This document shows positions 1-7,557 of a stretch of DNA of 64,000 nt, in pieces. The notes under the pieces were generated by a model. That model saw only the letters and a program-made list of their open reading frames with translations, made no database searches and was not told where the DNA came from. The DNA is from a virus. The first letter of the stretch is position 1; each line of letters starts with the position of its first letter. The position numbers and the translations under genes are program-made. The stretch lies in the IMG/VR virus record IMGVR_UViG_3300001605_000008, positions 1 through 64,000 of that record; one strand, 5' to 3'.

Positions 1-189
1 TACGTTACTATAATGATCGTGCTTTTGTTCAAATGAACGATTATCCTGTTCGTATGCACCTTTGAGAGCCACTTTGCGGATACGCTCCACCAACACCTCT
101 ACACGAGGATCATTGATGCGTCCCAACTCCCAAAGGGTGTTGTGAAGGACCTTGAATTCTTCTGCTGTGAGTGTGGGTGAGCAGTTCAT
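1..189 (-). CDS. hypothetical early-region protein (runs off the window start)
   Basis: Manual translation MNCSPTLTAEEFKVLHNTLWELGRINDPRVEVLVERIRKVALKGAYEQ...; ATG overlaps the TGA of the upstream ORF (ATGA); not in the ORF track. Confidence 0.7.
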   Translation of the reverse strand, partial: MNCSPTLTAEEFKVLHNTLWELGRINDPRVEVLVERIRKVALKGAYEQDNRSFEQKHDHYSNV

Positions 190-338
190 TGATTTTCCTC
201 CAGGGCTTGTAAACGTAGATATTCTTGATTGAGCTCGGCGATGCGTCGCTCATTGCGAGCATTGGTTTCAAGATCCAATTCGCCGCGCACTTCGCAGAGA
301 CGGATCAGTTCGGCGATGACATCATTCATGGTCTTCAT
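186..338 (-). CDS. hypothetical protein, 50 aa
   Basis: Manual translation MKTMNDVIAELIRLCEVRGELDLETNARNERRIAELNQEYLRLQALEENQ; ATGA overlaps at both ends. Confidence 0.7.
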   Translation of the reverse strand: MKTMNDVIAELIRLCEVRGELDLETNARNERRIAELNQEYLRLQALEENQ

Positions 339-499
339 GCTAACTCCCTCACGTCGCACACTTCCACACGCACTTCATCTTCCTCTACCGCGGCACCGAT
401 GCCTAGTCCCGCTACTTCGGACATGGCTTCCTCGGCACTGTCAGCCTCCACTTCAAAATAGAAAATCACGGTCCTTGCCACTACATAGGTTTTACTCAT
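335..499 (-). CDS. hypothetical small acidic protein
   Basis: ORF 335..520, start adjusted to MSKTYVV; coupled to its neighbours. Confidence 0.65.
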   Translation of the reverse strand: MSKTYVVARTVIFYFEVEADSAEEAMSEVAGLGIGAAVEEDEVRVEVCDVRELA

Positions 500-665
500 C
501 ATCATCCTCGTCAAAATCAAAATAGTGATAGCATTCGGTCATGTCCTGCACTTCGGCCTCGCTCATGTAGTTGAGGCAGTCCCGAGCCAACATCTCCCAG
601 CTCAACACACCTTCTTGTGCCATCTCGATTACCTTGGATGTTATCTGTCGGGCTTCATTGGCCAT
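492..665 (-). CDS. hypothetical small acidic protein
   Basis: ORF 492..716, start adjusted to MANEARQ, which follows a GAAGG SD-like site and overlaps the TAA of the upstream gene. Confidence 0.7.
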   Translation of the reverse strand: MANEARQITSKVIEMAQEGVLSWEMLARDCLNYMSEAEVQDMTECYHYFDFDEDDDE

Positions 666-1057
666 TATCGCACCTTCTCGTGGGTCATGATCAGTGTGAC
701 TGCTTCGTCGATGCACATCTGGGCACCGCGGATGTCTTCCATGGCCAAGAGCTCTTGGGCATCGCTCAACACGGAGTAGGCCTGACCTGGTTGGGTTCCA
801 AAGAAGTCCGGCTCGTCTGCACAGTAAAAACGATCGATGGCCAGCTTCACGCGGTTCAGGGTCTGGCGAGCTTCTTCGAAGTCGGCTTCGTTGGCTCGCG
901 CCCAGGCCGAGTTCAGCATGTCCACCACCACACGCCAGGAACTTTTGCGGCCGAGATATTCAGTGATGCACTCTTGCACTTGGGCTTCGGTGGCACCAAA
1001 CGCACCAATCTGCCACTTTTCTTGCGGGCTCAATTCTTGATAGATCGCTGTGGTCAT
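665..1057 (-). CDS. hypothetical early protein
   Basis: Start MTTAIYQ preceded by AAGGAG SD and a sigma70 promoter. Confidence 0.75.
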   Translation of the reverse strand: MTTAIYQELSPQEKWQIGAFGATEAQVQECITEYLGRKSSWRVVVDMLNSAWARANEADFEEARQTLNRVKLAIDRFYCADEPDFFGTQPGQAYSVLSDAQELLAMEDIRGAQMCIDEAVTLIMTHEKVR

Positions 1058-1093
1058 CGTCTGCTCCTTTTTATTTACTATACCCATATTATA
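1053..1093. repeat. 41-bp direct repeat copy 1 (promoter -10, leader, SD and start codon)
   Basis: 39/41 identical to 1798..1838 by manual alignment. Confidence 0.9.
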
Positions 1094-1116
1094 CGAAATT
1101 GGGATTTTATGGTCAA
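1088..1116 (-). promoter_or_regulatory. sigma70-type early promoter
   Basis: TTGACC-N17-TATAAT on the minus strand. Confidence 0.85.
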
Positions 1117-1370
1117 CCGCTGACTGCTACCGGGGGTTTCTTGGGGCGGCGATTGGTGTCAGAGCGGAATTCGGCACTTGCATAGTAGTCCGCGATCTTG
1201 GTCTGCACCATGGTAAGCACGTCAGGATAATCGGGATCCAGATAGAACTGCACCGGGCAACGGCTCCAACCCCGATATGTCAAGAAGTTCGCATACTGCC
1301 GGCGGTGATCTTTGTTGCTGGCGTCAAAAAATACCGTGGGTCTCACGTGCATGTCGAGTATGGTGCTCAT
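1113..1370 (-). CDS. hypothetical protein
   Basis: 85-aa ORF coupled to the upstream gene; its stop lies in the -35 box of the next promoter. Confidence 0.7.
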   Translation of the reverse strand: MSTILDMHVRPTVFFDASNKDHRRQYANFLTYRGWSRCPVQFYLDPDYPDVLTMVQTKIADYYASAEFRSDTNRRPKKPPVAVSG

Positions 1371-1567
1371 GATGATATCCTCTCAAAAATCTGCATCTGC
1401 AATTGGTTGACTTCTTCGTCCTCTAGGTAAAAATCTGTACGCGGATCCCAGTAACGACCGGCCTGGGGATCGTAATAGGCCACACGACCATTGGGGTAAT
1501 GGAACGGTCCTTCCAGGCCAGGCCTGGCTCCGTATTCTGATCCGTGTTTGAAAATCACGTATGCCAT
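1367..1567 (-). CDS. hypothetical protein
   Basis: 66-aa aromatic-rich ORF (YYDPQAGRYWDPRTDFY), ATGA-coupled. Confidence 0.7.
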   Translation of the reverse strand: MAYVIFKHGSEYGARPGLEGPFHYPNGRVAYYDPQAGRYWDPRTDFYLEDEEVNQLQMQIFERISS

Positions 1568-1577
1568 GACCGGTTCC

Positions 1578-1802
1578 TTAGACGAAATCGTAGGTGAAAG
1601 TGTAGTCGCTTTGGTACGAACCCATCGAGCTCATCCGTACCTGTTCCTTTTGGTCCCGTAGTTCTCTCAGCACTACCTTGGCGTCGTTGGGCATGATGCC
1701 CGACACGAACAAGGTGCCGTTGTAGAACTCGGCACGTCCACCCTGGCCCAGATACGGGGCCACGATTTTCAGGACCTGGTTTTCGAATTTTGCTGGTGTC
1801 AT
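1578..1802 (-). CDS. hypothetical early protein
   Basis: Start MTPAKFE after AAGGAG SD and promoter. Confidence 0.75.
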   Translation of the reverse strand: MTPAKFENQVLKIVAPYLGQGGRAEFYNGTLFVSGIMPNDAKVVLRELRDQKEQVRMSSMGSYQSDYTFTYDFV

Positions 1803-1838
1803 CGTCTGCTCCTTGTTGTTTACTATACCCATATTATA
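1798..1838. repeat. 41-bp direct repeat copy 2
   Basis: 39/41 identical to 1053..1093. Confidence 0.9.
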
Positions 1839-1862
1839 GCCGAAATGGTAATTTCTGGTCAA
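1833..1862 (-). promoter_or_regulatory. sigma70-type early promoter
   Basis: TTGACC-N18-TATAAT. Confidence 0.8.
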
Positions 1863-1873
1863 CCGGGCTAAAA

Positions 1874-1901
1874 CACTAGGTTAGTAGGCACTTACCTAGT
1901 G
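1874..1901. promoter_or_regulatory. palindromic putative operator (GTTAGT-N4-ACTAAC family)
   Basis: CACTAGGTTAGT-AGGC-ACTTACCTAGTG, 12-bp arms with one mismatch, upstream of a -35 box. Confidence 0.6.
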
Positions 1902-2068
1902 GGCTCAGGAGCGCCGATGCCGCAGGCTGCGAAAAATCTCTGTTCGTCAAAGCGGCTGTTGGCGGCTTTGCAGGCCGATGCCACCGCGACCGCGGCATTG
2001 AGACGGCAGTTGAAATCAATGATGCCCGAGATGTATTGGGCGAGCAGTTCAAAGTGTTTCTTAGACAT
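1892..2068 (-). CDS. hypothetical protein, 58 aa
   Basis: Manual translation MSKKHFELLAQYISGIIDFNCRLNAAVAVASACKAANSRFDEQRFFAACGIGAPEPTR; AAGGAG SD and promoter upstream. Confidence 0.75.
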   Translation of the reverse strand: MSKKHFELLAQYISGIIDFNCRLNAAVAVASACKAANSRFDEQRFFAACGIGAPEPTR

Positions 2069-2099
2069 GCTGTGGCTCCTTGTTTTTTACTGTCCTACT

Positions 2100-2128
2100 A
2101 TTATATGAAAATGGGATTTTCAGGTCAA
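2100..2128 (-). promoter_or_regulatory. sigma70-type early promoter
   Basis: TTGACC-N17-TATAAT. Confidence 0.85.
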
Positions 2129-2283
2129 CCGCTGTAGGGAAGGAATTCTGCACGACCTCCCGGACCTCCCAGATGTTCATAGTCCCTGTAGATTTCATGC
2201 ATGAATGTACCGGATACGCCTTGGTAGATCTTGCGGAACACTTCTTTGCCTTTTGCGTCGAACACCAAAAGAATATAGTTCAT
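2125..2283 (-). CDS. hypothetical protein, 52 aa
   Basis: Manual translation MNYILLVFDAKGKEVFRKIYQGVSGTFMHEIYRDYEHLGGPGGRAEFLPYSG; AAGGAG SD upstream. Confidence 0.75.
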   Translation of the reverse strand: MNYILLVFDAKGKEVFRKIYQGVSGTFMHEIYRDYEHLGGPGGRAEFLPYSG

Positions 2284-2314
2284 TTATCAGCTCCTTTTTT
2301 AGTATTATATCTAC

Positions 2315-2344
2315 ATTGTAACCGAAATAGCCATTTTTGGTCAA
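2315..2344 (-). promoter_or_regulatory. sigma70-type early promoter
   Basis: TTGACC-N18-TACAAT. Confidence 0.75.
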
Positions 2345-2350
2345 CCGGGA

Positions 2351-2368
2351 GGTTAGTGCGCACTAGCC
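2351..2368. promoter_or_regulatory. palindromic putative operator
   Basis: GGTTAGT-GCGC-ACTAGCC. Confidence 0.6.
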
Positions 2369-2373
2369 AAAAG

Positions 2374-2398
2374 AAAACCCTGCACAGGGCAGGGTTTT
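2374..2398 (-). terminator. intrinsic terminator after the porin gene
   Basis: AAAACCCTGC-ACAGG-GCAGGGTTTT hairpin with a U-rich tail on the minus strand. Confidence 0.8.
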
Positions 2399-2423
2399 CC
2401 AAGGTACTACTGCTGTGAAACTT

Positions 2424-3137
2424 TTAGAAATACTTGCTGACTGCGAAAACAAACCCGGTGTCGTAGTTCTTCTCACCGTTGACTGTGTTGGCAGCCCGGA
2501 AAGCGTCGTTGATTCGCTTGTTGCCATAATAATGCACACCCCAATCAAATCCGCCGCGAGTGAGAGTAGCGCCTACTCGATAATCATCATAATCAGCATC
2601 GGTGTTGTTGGCGACGTCAGTGCGACCATAATGGGCGTTGACCACGAATCCTTGAAACACCGGCACGTCAGCGCCAACCTGATAGTAGTTGGTTTTCTTG
2701 CTGTTGGCGATGCCAAAGTAATCGGAAACGCTCTGGCTGACCTTGGCAGAGAAAGGACCTACACCGGCGCCCACATATACTTCTTGTGTGTTGAAACGGC
2801 TGGGACTGCTGCCAGTCTTGGCATTGGGATAAAAATAAGCAATGGTACCAACATCAACCGTGACAGGACCCAACTGCTTGGTAAATCCAGCATAGATATC
2901 GCTTTCTACACCAGATCCCTGGAGATAGATATCTGAGCTCACTGAACTGTTCCAGTTACCCACATAAAAACCATTTTTGTTTACATAGTCAATACCGCCC
3001 TGGATAGCCATGTTACCTTGACTCTGGCTGATACCACGGAAACGATACTCACTGGTGATAGAGAAATTACCACTCAACTCGGCTTGTGCCACTGCAGTGG
3101 TCAACGCAAGGGTAAGTGCTGCAAAAATTTTCTTCAT
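2424..3137 (-). CDS. TorF-family (Gcw_chp) putative outer-membrane porin
   Basis: Signal peptide MKKIFAALTLALTTAVAQA, N-terminal SEYRFRGISQS...AIQGGIDY and GFYVGNWNSSV motifs, C-terminal Phe typical of beta-barrel OMPs. Confidence 0.85.
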   Translation of the reverse strand: MKKIFAALTLALTTAVAQAELSGNFSITSEYRFRGISQSQGNMAIQGGIDYVNKNGFYVGNWNSSVSSDIYLQGSGVESDIYAGFTKQLGPVTVDVGTIAYFYPNAKTGSSPSRFNTQEVYVGAGVGPFSAKVSQSVSDYFGIANSKKTNYYQVGADVPVFQGFVVNAHYGRTDVANNTDADYDDYRVGATLTRGGFDWGVHYYGNKRINDAFRAANTVNGEKNYDTGFVFAVSKYF

Positions 3138-3213
3138 TGATTTTCCTTTTCTAGATAGGGTTGAGAAATACTTCTCGATTTTACTTAGTACTGGATTTTG
3201 CGACGATAAAAAA

Positions 3214-4266
3214 TCACAAGCTGATATTTGCCTGGGCTTGAGCCACAGAATATTGCCCATCACTGAGATTGTTGGCTATGGTTTGATTGGGATTGAGATC
3301 CGGAATCTGTGTGTCTAATTGTATGCCCACAGCATTCAACACAGCGATATTCCTGCCTTCTCTCATGCTGGCGACCACGGCTTGTCCTGTTATGTTAGAC
3401 AGATTAGCAACAGCATCAAAAAACTGCGCGGATCCACCTTCGGTAATGTCTAATCCAATGTCGTGTAATCTTGAAGTCAACCCCAGTGCAGTGGATACTG
3501 AGTTGGCCACGAGATTGGCGTTGGCTATGTTGCTGACCACATTTGCGATGTCTATGCCAGCCAGTTGAGAATTCGTCACATTAAGAACCAGTTGGTTGGC
3601 CATGGCATCTGTGTCAGCGTTGCTTTGAGTTGCTTGTTCTGGATAGGTGTTGGCGATATTAGCGATTAGACTGTTAGTGGTAGGGATCAACAATCCGGCA
3701 AATGCGGAATTTATAGCACCGGATTCAGTTGAAGCAGAAAAACTTCCACCAGTGAAATAATCCGTGGTAGGTATGGTCACGGTATACACGATAGGGTCTG
3801 GATCTGTGCCCGATGATGAAGTGTATGCTCCGGCTAAACAGTAACTCATCACGGTGTATGCACCGTTGAGTGTATTACCGGGTGTGCCACCGTTACCGGT
3901 CAACGAATCTAGGGCACCGATGCTAGAAAGTTCTGTTACTATGTTGGCCACTTCGGGTAGGGCTGTGGTTACTGTTGCTCCTGCTGCGATGCCTATCACA
4001 TCATTGACCGTGATAGTATTGCCGGGACCGGTGCCGGTGGCAAAAGTATTGCCCCAGTAGTTGGATACCGCGGGTGGCAGAGGAGTTTCTAGAGCATTGA
4101 TGAGATCTAGCCCTTTGTTGCTTTCCAACACACTTGCTGCCTGGGCCAGGGCAGGCAGATCGGTTTCAAATATATCTTTTACTTGTCGGAGGCTACGACT
4201 CAGAGCCTGGTTGGCCAGAGCCTGGTCTGGAGGTATGATCTTTTTTAATTGATTGTAAGTGGTCAT
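3214..4266 (-). CDS. putative baseplate/tail structural protein
   Basis: 350 aa, A/T/N/S-rich, co-oriented with and downstream of the PAAR gene; function inferred from position. Confidence 0.45.
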   Translation of the reverse strand: MTTYNQLKKIIPPDQALANQALSRSLRQVKDIFETDLPALAQAASVLESNKGLDLINALETPLPPAVSNYWGNTFATGTGPGNTITVNDVIGIAAGATVTTALPEVANIVTELSSIGALDSLTGNGGTPGNTLNGAYTVMSYCLAGAYTSSSGTDPDPIVYTVTIPTTDYFTGGSFSASTESGAINSAFAGLLIPTTNSLIANIANTYPEQATQSNADTDAMANQLVLNVTNSQLAGIDIANVVSNIANANLVANSVSTALGLTSRLHDIGLDITEGGSAQFFDAVANLSNITGQAVVASMREGRNIAVLNAVGIQLDTQIPDLNPNQTIANNLSDGQYSVAQAQANISL

Positions 4267-5345
4267 ATCAGTGCTGTTCCTGAATCTTGATCTAGTCCCA
4301 ATCGAGCACGGACGATAGGATCGTCACCGGTGTATGCCGGTGCTGTGGGATCTTGTAAGAATTTTTCTATGTTGGTGTTGACAGCAGTGGCTGTGGCATA
4401 GATACCTTTGAGACCATCCGGAGTGGGCATGGTCAGCGTGGTATAACTAGTGGGTAGTATTTTTGCGGGATCTAAAAGATCTGCCATGGTATTGATACCG
4501 GTGGTGGTCACACCCAAGATGTTTTTTACTTGCTGGAGTTCTGGCTCCACGATCTTTGTCAGTTCCTGATAAAGCAATTTATTTGCGGTGTCAGTGATGC
4601 TGGAGAAATTTCCCGATGCCAGATTTATCAGTGAATTAGAATCTACACCGGCCAATCTGAGTGCAGATTCAATGCTGGGAGTAACACCTCCCACTGATGC
4701 CACTTGCTTTAACAAAGCGTATGGGTCTCCAAGACTAGTCAGATTATCCATGTTGACTAGACTACCGAGTTTGGATAGATCTGAACCAAATGCACCGAAC
4801 GCTTCAGTGACCTGGCTCAGACTACCTGTTATGAGATTGTCCATGCCACCGGTGATTGAACCAAATGTGGAAGACAAGCTGCCGATGTTGAGATTGGAAT
4901 TGATGAATTGATTTGCCTGTCCAAGATATCCAGCAGCCGAATTATAGATCTGACCGAACTGAGTAAGATCTCCCAAAGGACCTCCCATGATACCTTGCGC
5001 GGTCTGGGTGATGAGGCCGGTGAGGCCGCCGTTGGCTACACCACCTGGTGCGATAGCCGAAAGAGCCGACGTAAAGGAGCTGGGTATGGCATTGGTGAGC
5101 GCTGCAAAATCTTGCCCCATGGTCCTCAAGCTGTCCAGCACACCACCGCTTAAAGTACCAGTGGCCTGTGTGACGATGTTGCTGAACTGGCTTACTATGG
5201 GTAAACTGGTAAAATTGCTTACTGCACTGGTCAGTGCAGAGCTCACGCCAAGGCTGCTGCCGAGTCCGGTGATACTGCTGGCGCCAGGCACGAGCCCAGC
5301 ACCGGCTATCATCATTACAGCACTTAGTGGTCCTCCACAACTCAC
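4263..5345 (-). CDS. putative baseplate hub/tail structural protein
   Basis: 360 aa, G/S/L/T-rich, immediately after PAAR. Confidence 0.45.
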   Translation of the reverse strand: MSCGGPLSAVMMIAGAGLVPGASSITGLGSSLGVSSALTSAVSNFTSLPIVSQFSNIVTQATGTLSGGVLDSLRTMGQDFAALTNAIPSSFTSALSAIAPGGVANGGLTGLITQTAQGIMGGPLGDLTQFGQIYNSAAGYLGQANQFINSNLNIGSLSSTFGSITGGMDNLITGSLSQVTEAFGAFGSDLSKLGSLVNMDNLTSLGDPYALLKQVASVGGVTPSIESALRLAGVDSNSLINLASGNFSSITDTANKLLYQELTKIVEPELQQVKNILGVTTTGINTMADLLDPAKILPTSYTTLTMPTPDGLKGIYATATAVNTNIEKFLQDPTAPAYTGDDPIVRARLGLDQDSGTALI

Positions 5346-5346
5346 A

Positions 5347-5640
5347 CTAGGCTCCCACGATCACGTCAAGGCTACCAGTGGCCACAAAAGTACAAAAAGC
5401 CAGATAAGACCCCACATAGGCTGCAGGTTTTCCGTTGATCAACACAGATGTAGATCCAATGGCTATGGATGCGATGTGCGGGCGACATTTTCTACCAGCT
5501 GGTATAAGATGTGGAACGGAAAAATCTCCCACACGAGCTGCCGGCCTGCCGTTGATCAAAACATCCAGGCTACCAGTGGCAATGGTATAAGGACTGCAGT
5601 GTGGTACTCCTAGATCACCTACTCTTGCTGCTGCGGGCAT
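5347..5640 (-). CDS. PAAR-motif spike tip protein (gp5.4-like)
   Basis: Three PAAR-like motifs (PAAARVGD, PAARVGD, PAAYVG) with His/Cys metal ligands. Confidence 0.9.
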   Translation of the reverse strand: MPAAARVGDLGVPHCSPYTIATGSLDVLINGRPAARVGDFSVPHLIPAGRKCRPHIASIAIGSTSVLINGKPAAYVGSYLAFCTFVATGSLDVIVGA

Positions 5641-5830
5641 GTTCTATCTCCATCAATCTCTTGAATTTTGGTATCCATGATTCAATTTCTTCGTGCTGCT
5701 CATGGGTATGGGGTTCCGGAGGTATTTCTGGACAGAACTCTATAACGTGATCAAACTCTGACGGTATATCTTCATAGCGATCAAACTCCAGGATTTTTCC
5801 CCCGGCCCTGATCACGAAACGATGAGGCAT
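5615..5830 (-). CDS. hypothetical protein adjacent to PAAR
   Basis: 71-aa ORF overlapping the PAAR start. Confidence 0.65.
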   Translation of the reverse strand: MPHRFVIRAGGKILEFDRYEDIPSEFDHVIEFCPEIPPEPHTHEQHEEIESWIPKFKRLMEIEHARSSKSR

Positions 5831-5831
5831 G

Positions 5832-6140
5832 CTACCCAGTTATGATCTGTTTGGTCACAGGAGCGATACCTGTGGTGGCTTGGATCCAACTGTTGCGTAT
5901 GTCTTCGCGGGTTTCTGCGATCATGGCCCAACTGTTCTTATTTAGTAGCACAGTTTTCTCCTGATTTGAACTGAAAAGTCCGGGCATCATCTGCAGTCCC
6001 TGTGGGGTCAGTGCGCAAAGTATCGGGTGTTCTATCTCAAAGCCGGTATCTTCGGAACCTGCTGAGATCCGTGCGACTATTTCTTCGCCGGAGAGCAATT
6101 TAAATGTGTAGATTTCGCCTGGTTTTACTGTTATTGTCAT
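5832..6140 (-). CDS. Sm-like fold protein
   Basis: FKLLSGEEIVAR motif, a small beta protein of a type seen in T4-like phages. Confidence 0.55.
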   Translation of the reverse strand: MTITVKPGEIYTFKLLSGEEIVARISAGSEDTGFEIEHPILCALTPQGLQMMPGLFSSNQEKTVLLNKNSWAMIAETREDIRNSWIQATTGIAPVTKQIITG

Positions 6141-6412
6141 AGTGATTGGTCCGCTAGTGAGTTGCGCAGATCGATTTCCGAAATGATATCTTCTGCAGTC
6201 ATCTTACTTAAACCTTGCCAGCCGCCGTCTACAAATATCTTACCATCCATGTAGATCTGGGGCACTGTGCGATGTCCTTGGGAGACGATAAATTCCCGTG
6301 CTTCAGGATCTTCATCAATCTTGATTTCCCGATAACTGATATTTTTTGATTTCAAGTATGCTTTGGCCTGGTCACAGTGCGGGCATTGATTTTTAGAATA
6401 GATAGTGATCAC
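6137..6412 (-). CDS. grx: glutaredoxin
   Basis: CPHC redox motif and TVPQI, directly after nrdB. Confidence 0.93.
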   Translation of the reverse strand: MITIYSKNQCPHCDQAKAYLKSKNISYREIKIDEDPEAREFIVSQGHRTVPQIYMDGKIFVDGGWQGLSKMTAEDIISEIDLRNSLADQSL

Positions 6413-7536
6413 AGCGAAAGTCCTGACAGTGTGTTAGCGTCTACGTCTTGTTTGGTACCGCCAATGATATATGAAGAAATTTCAGTTTCTTGTGGTGCCA
6501 CTTGTACATCAGCCCCGGCGATCCACTTGGCTGTCCACGGCAAGGGATTTGATCCTCCACGGTACCGGTTTGGTACCCCGATAGCTTGCATACGCTTGTG
6601 CGCGATCCACTCTACATAGTCGCACAATAGTTGTTGGTTGAGACCGATCATTGATCCGTCTTTGAAAAGATACTTGGCCCAGTCTTTTTCTTGCTCTACC
6701 GCAGATTCGTACATCTCCACTAACTCGGGCATGCACTCCTCACGGATCTTGGCATAGTCAGGATCATCTTGTGGCAATAGCTTTAGCATCTGCTGAGTAA
6801 ATGCCAGATGCACATTCTCATCTCGGGCGATGAATTTAATAATCTTTGCGTTGCCCTCCATCTTCTTGAGCTCCGCAAACGCCCATGAGCAGGCGAAAGA
6901 CACATAAAACCGTATACCCTCGAGAACATTAACCGATGCGAGGGCGAGCCACAGCTTTTTCTTGAGTTCACGTTCTGAGACATCGATAGTTTTTCCGTTT
7001 ACAGTGTGCTGCCCTGCACCCAACAATTGATACCATTTGCCATACTCAACAAGATCATCATAGTAACATGTGATATCTCGAGCACAGGTCATGATCTCTT
7101 CGATGTCCAGCATCTCATCAAACACTCGTGCTGGATCCGAATATACATTACGTATGATATGAGTGTAGCTACGGCTATGAATGGTTTCGCTAAAGGTCCA
7201 GGTAGTGATCCAGGTCTCCACTTCAGGCAATGTGGCCAGGGGAAGAAACCCCAGGCTAGGTGATCGCCCTTGCACCGAATCAAGCAGTATCTGCCGCTTT
7301 AGGTTAGAGCTGAAAATGTGTTGCTCGTGAGGGGTGAGATCTTTGAAGTCTTTGGCATCACGCAGCACATCTACTTCTTCTGGACGCCAAAAAAATCCCA
7401 ATTGTTTGTCAGTGAGTTTATCAAACTGTCGATACTTCAGCGTGTCATACCGCTGCATGCCCACGGCTCCTTCAGAATCGAGAAAGGCCAGGCTCTGGGT
7501 ATGATCGCGATTTTTTGATAGATTTAAAACTGTCAT
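6409..7536 (-). CDS. nrdB: ribonucleotide reductase class Ia beta subunit
   Basis: FFWRPEEV, ETIHSRSY, EGIRFYVSF, RDENVH diiron motifs. Confidence 0.98.
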   Translation of the reverse strand: MTVLNLSKNRDHTQSLAFLDSEGAVGMQRYDTLKYRQFDKLTDKQLGFFWRPEEVDVLRDAKDFKDLTPHEQHIFSSNLKRQILLDSVQGRSPSLGFLPLATLPEVETWITTWTFSETIHSRSYTHIIRNVYSDPARVFDEMLDIEEIMTCARDITCYYDDLVEYGKWYQLLGAGQHTVNGKTIDVSERELKKKLWLALASVNVLEGIRFYVSFACSWAFAELKKMEGNAKIIKFIARDENVHLAFTQQMLKLLPQDDPDYAKIREECMPELVEMYESAVEQEKDWAKYLFKDGSMIGLNQQLLCDYVEWIAHKRMQAIGVPNRYRGGSNPLPWTAKWIAGADVQVAPQETEISSYIIGGTKQDVDANTLSGLSL

Positions 7537-7557
7537 GTCTGTCTCTTTTTATTGTTG

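Noticed and set aside
4987-5613. Long plus-strand ORFs opposite structural genes (also 16401..16958, 46327..47040, 50194..50574 and similar)
   Set aside because: Shadow ORFs antisense to well-supported genes; no SD, promoter or motifs.
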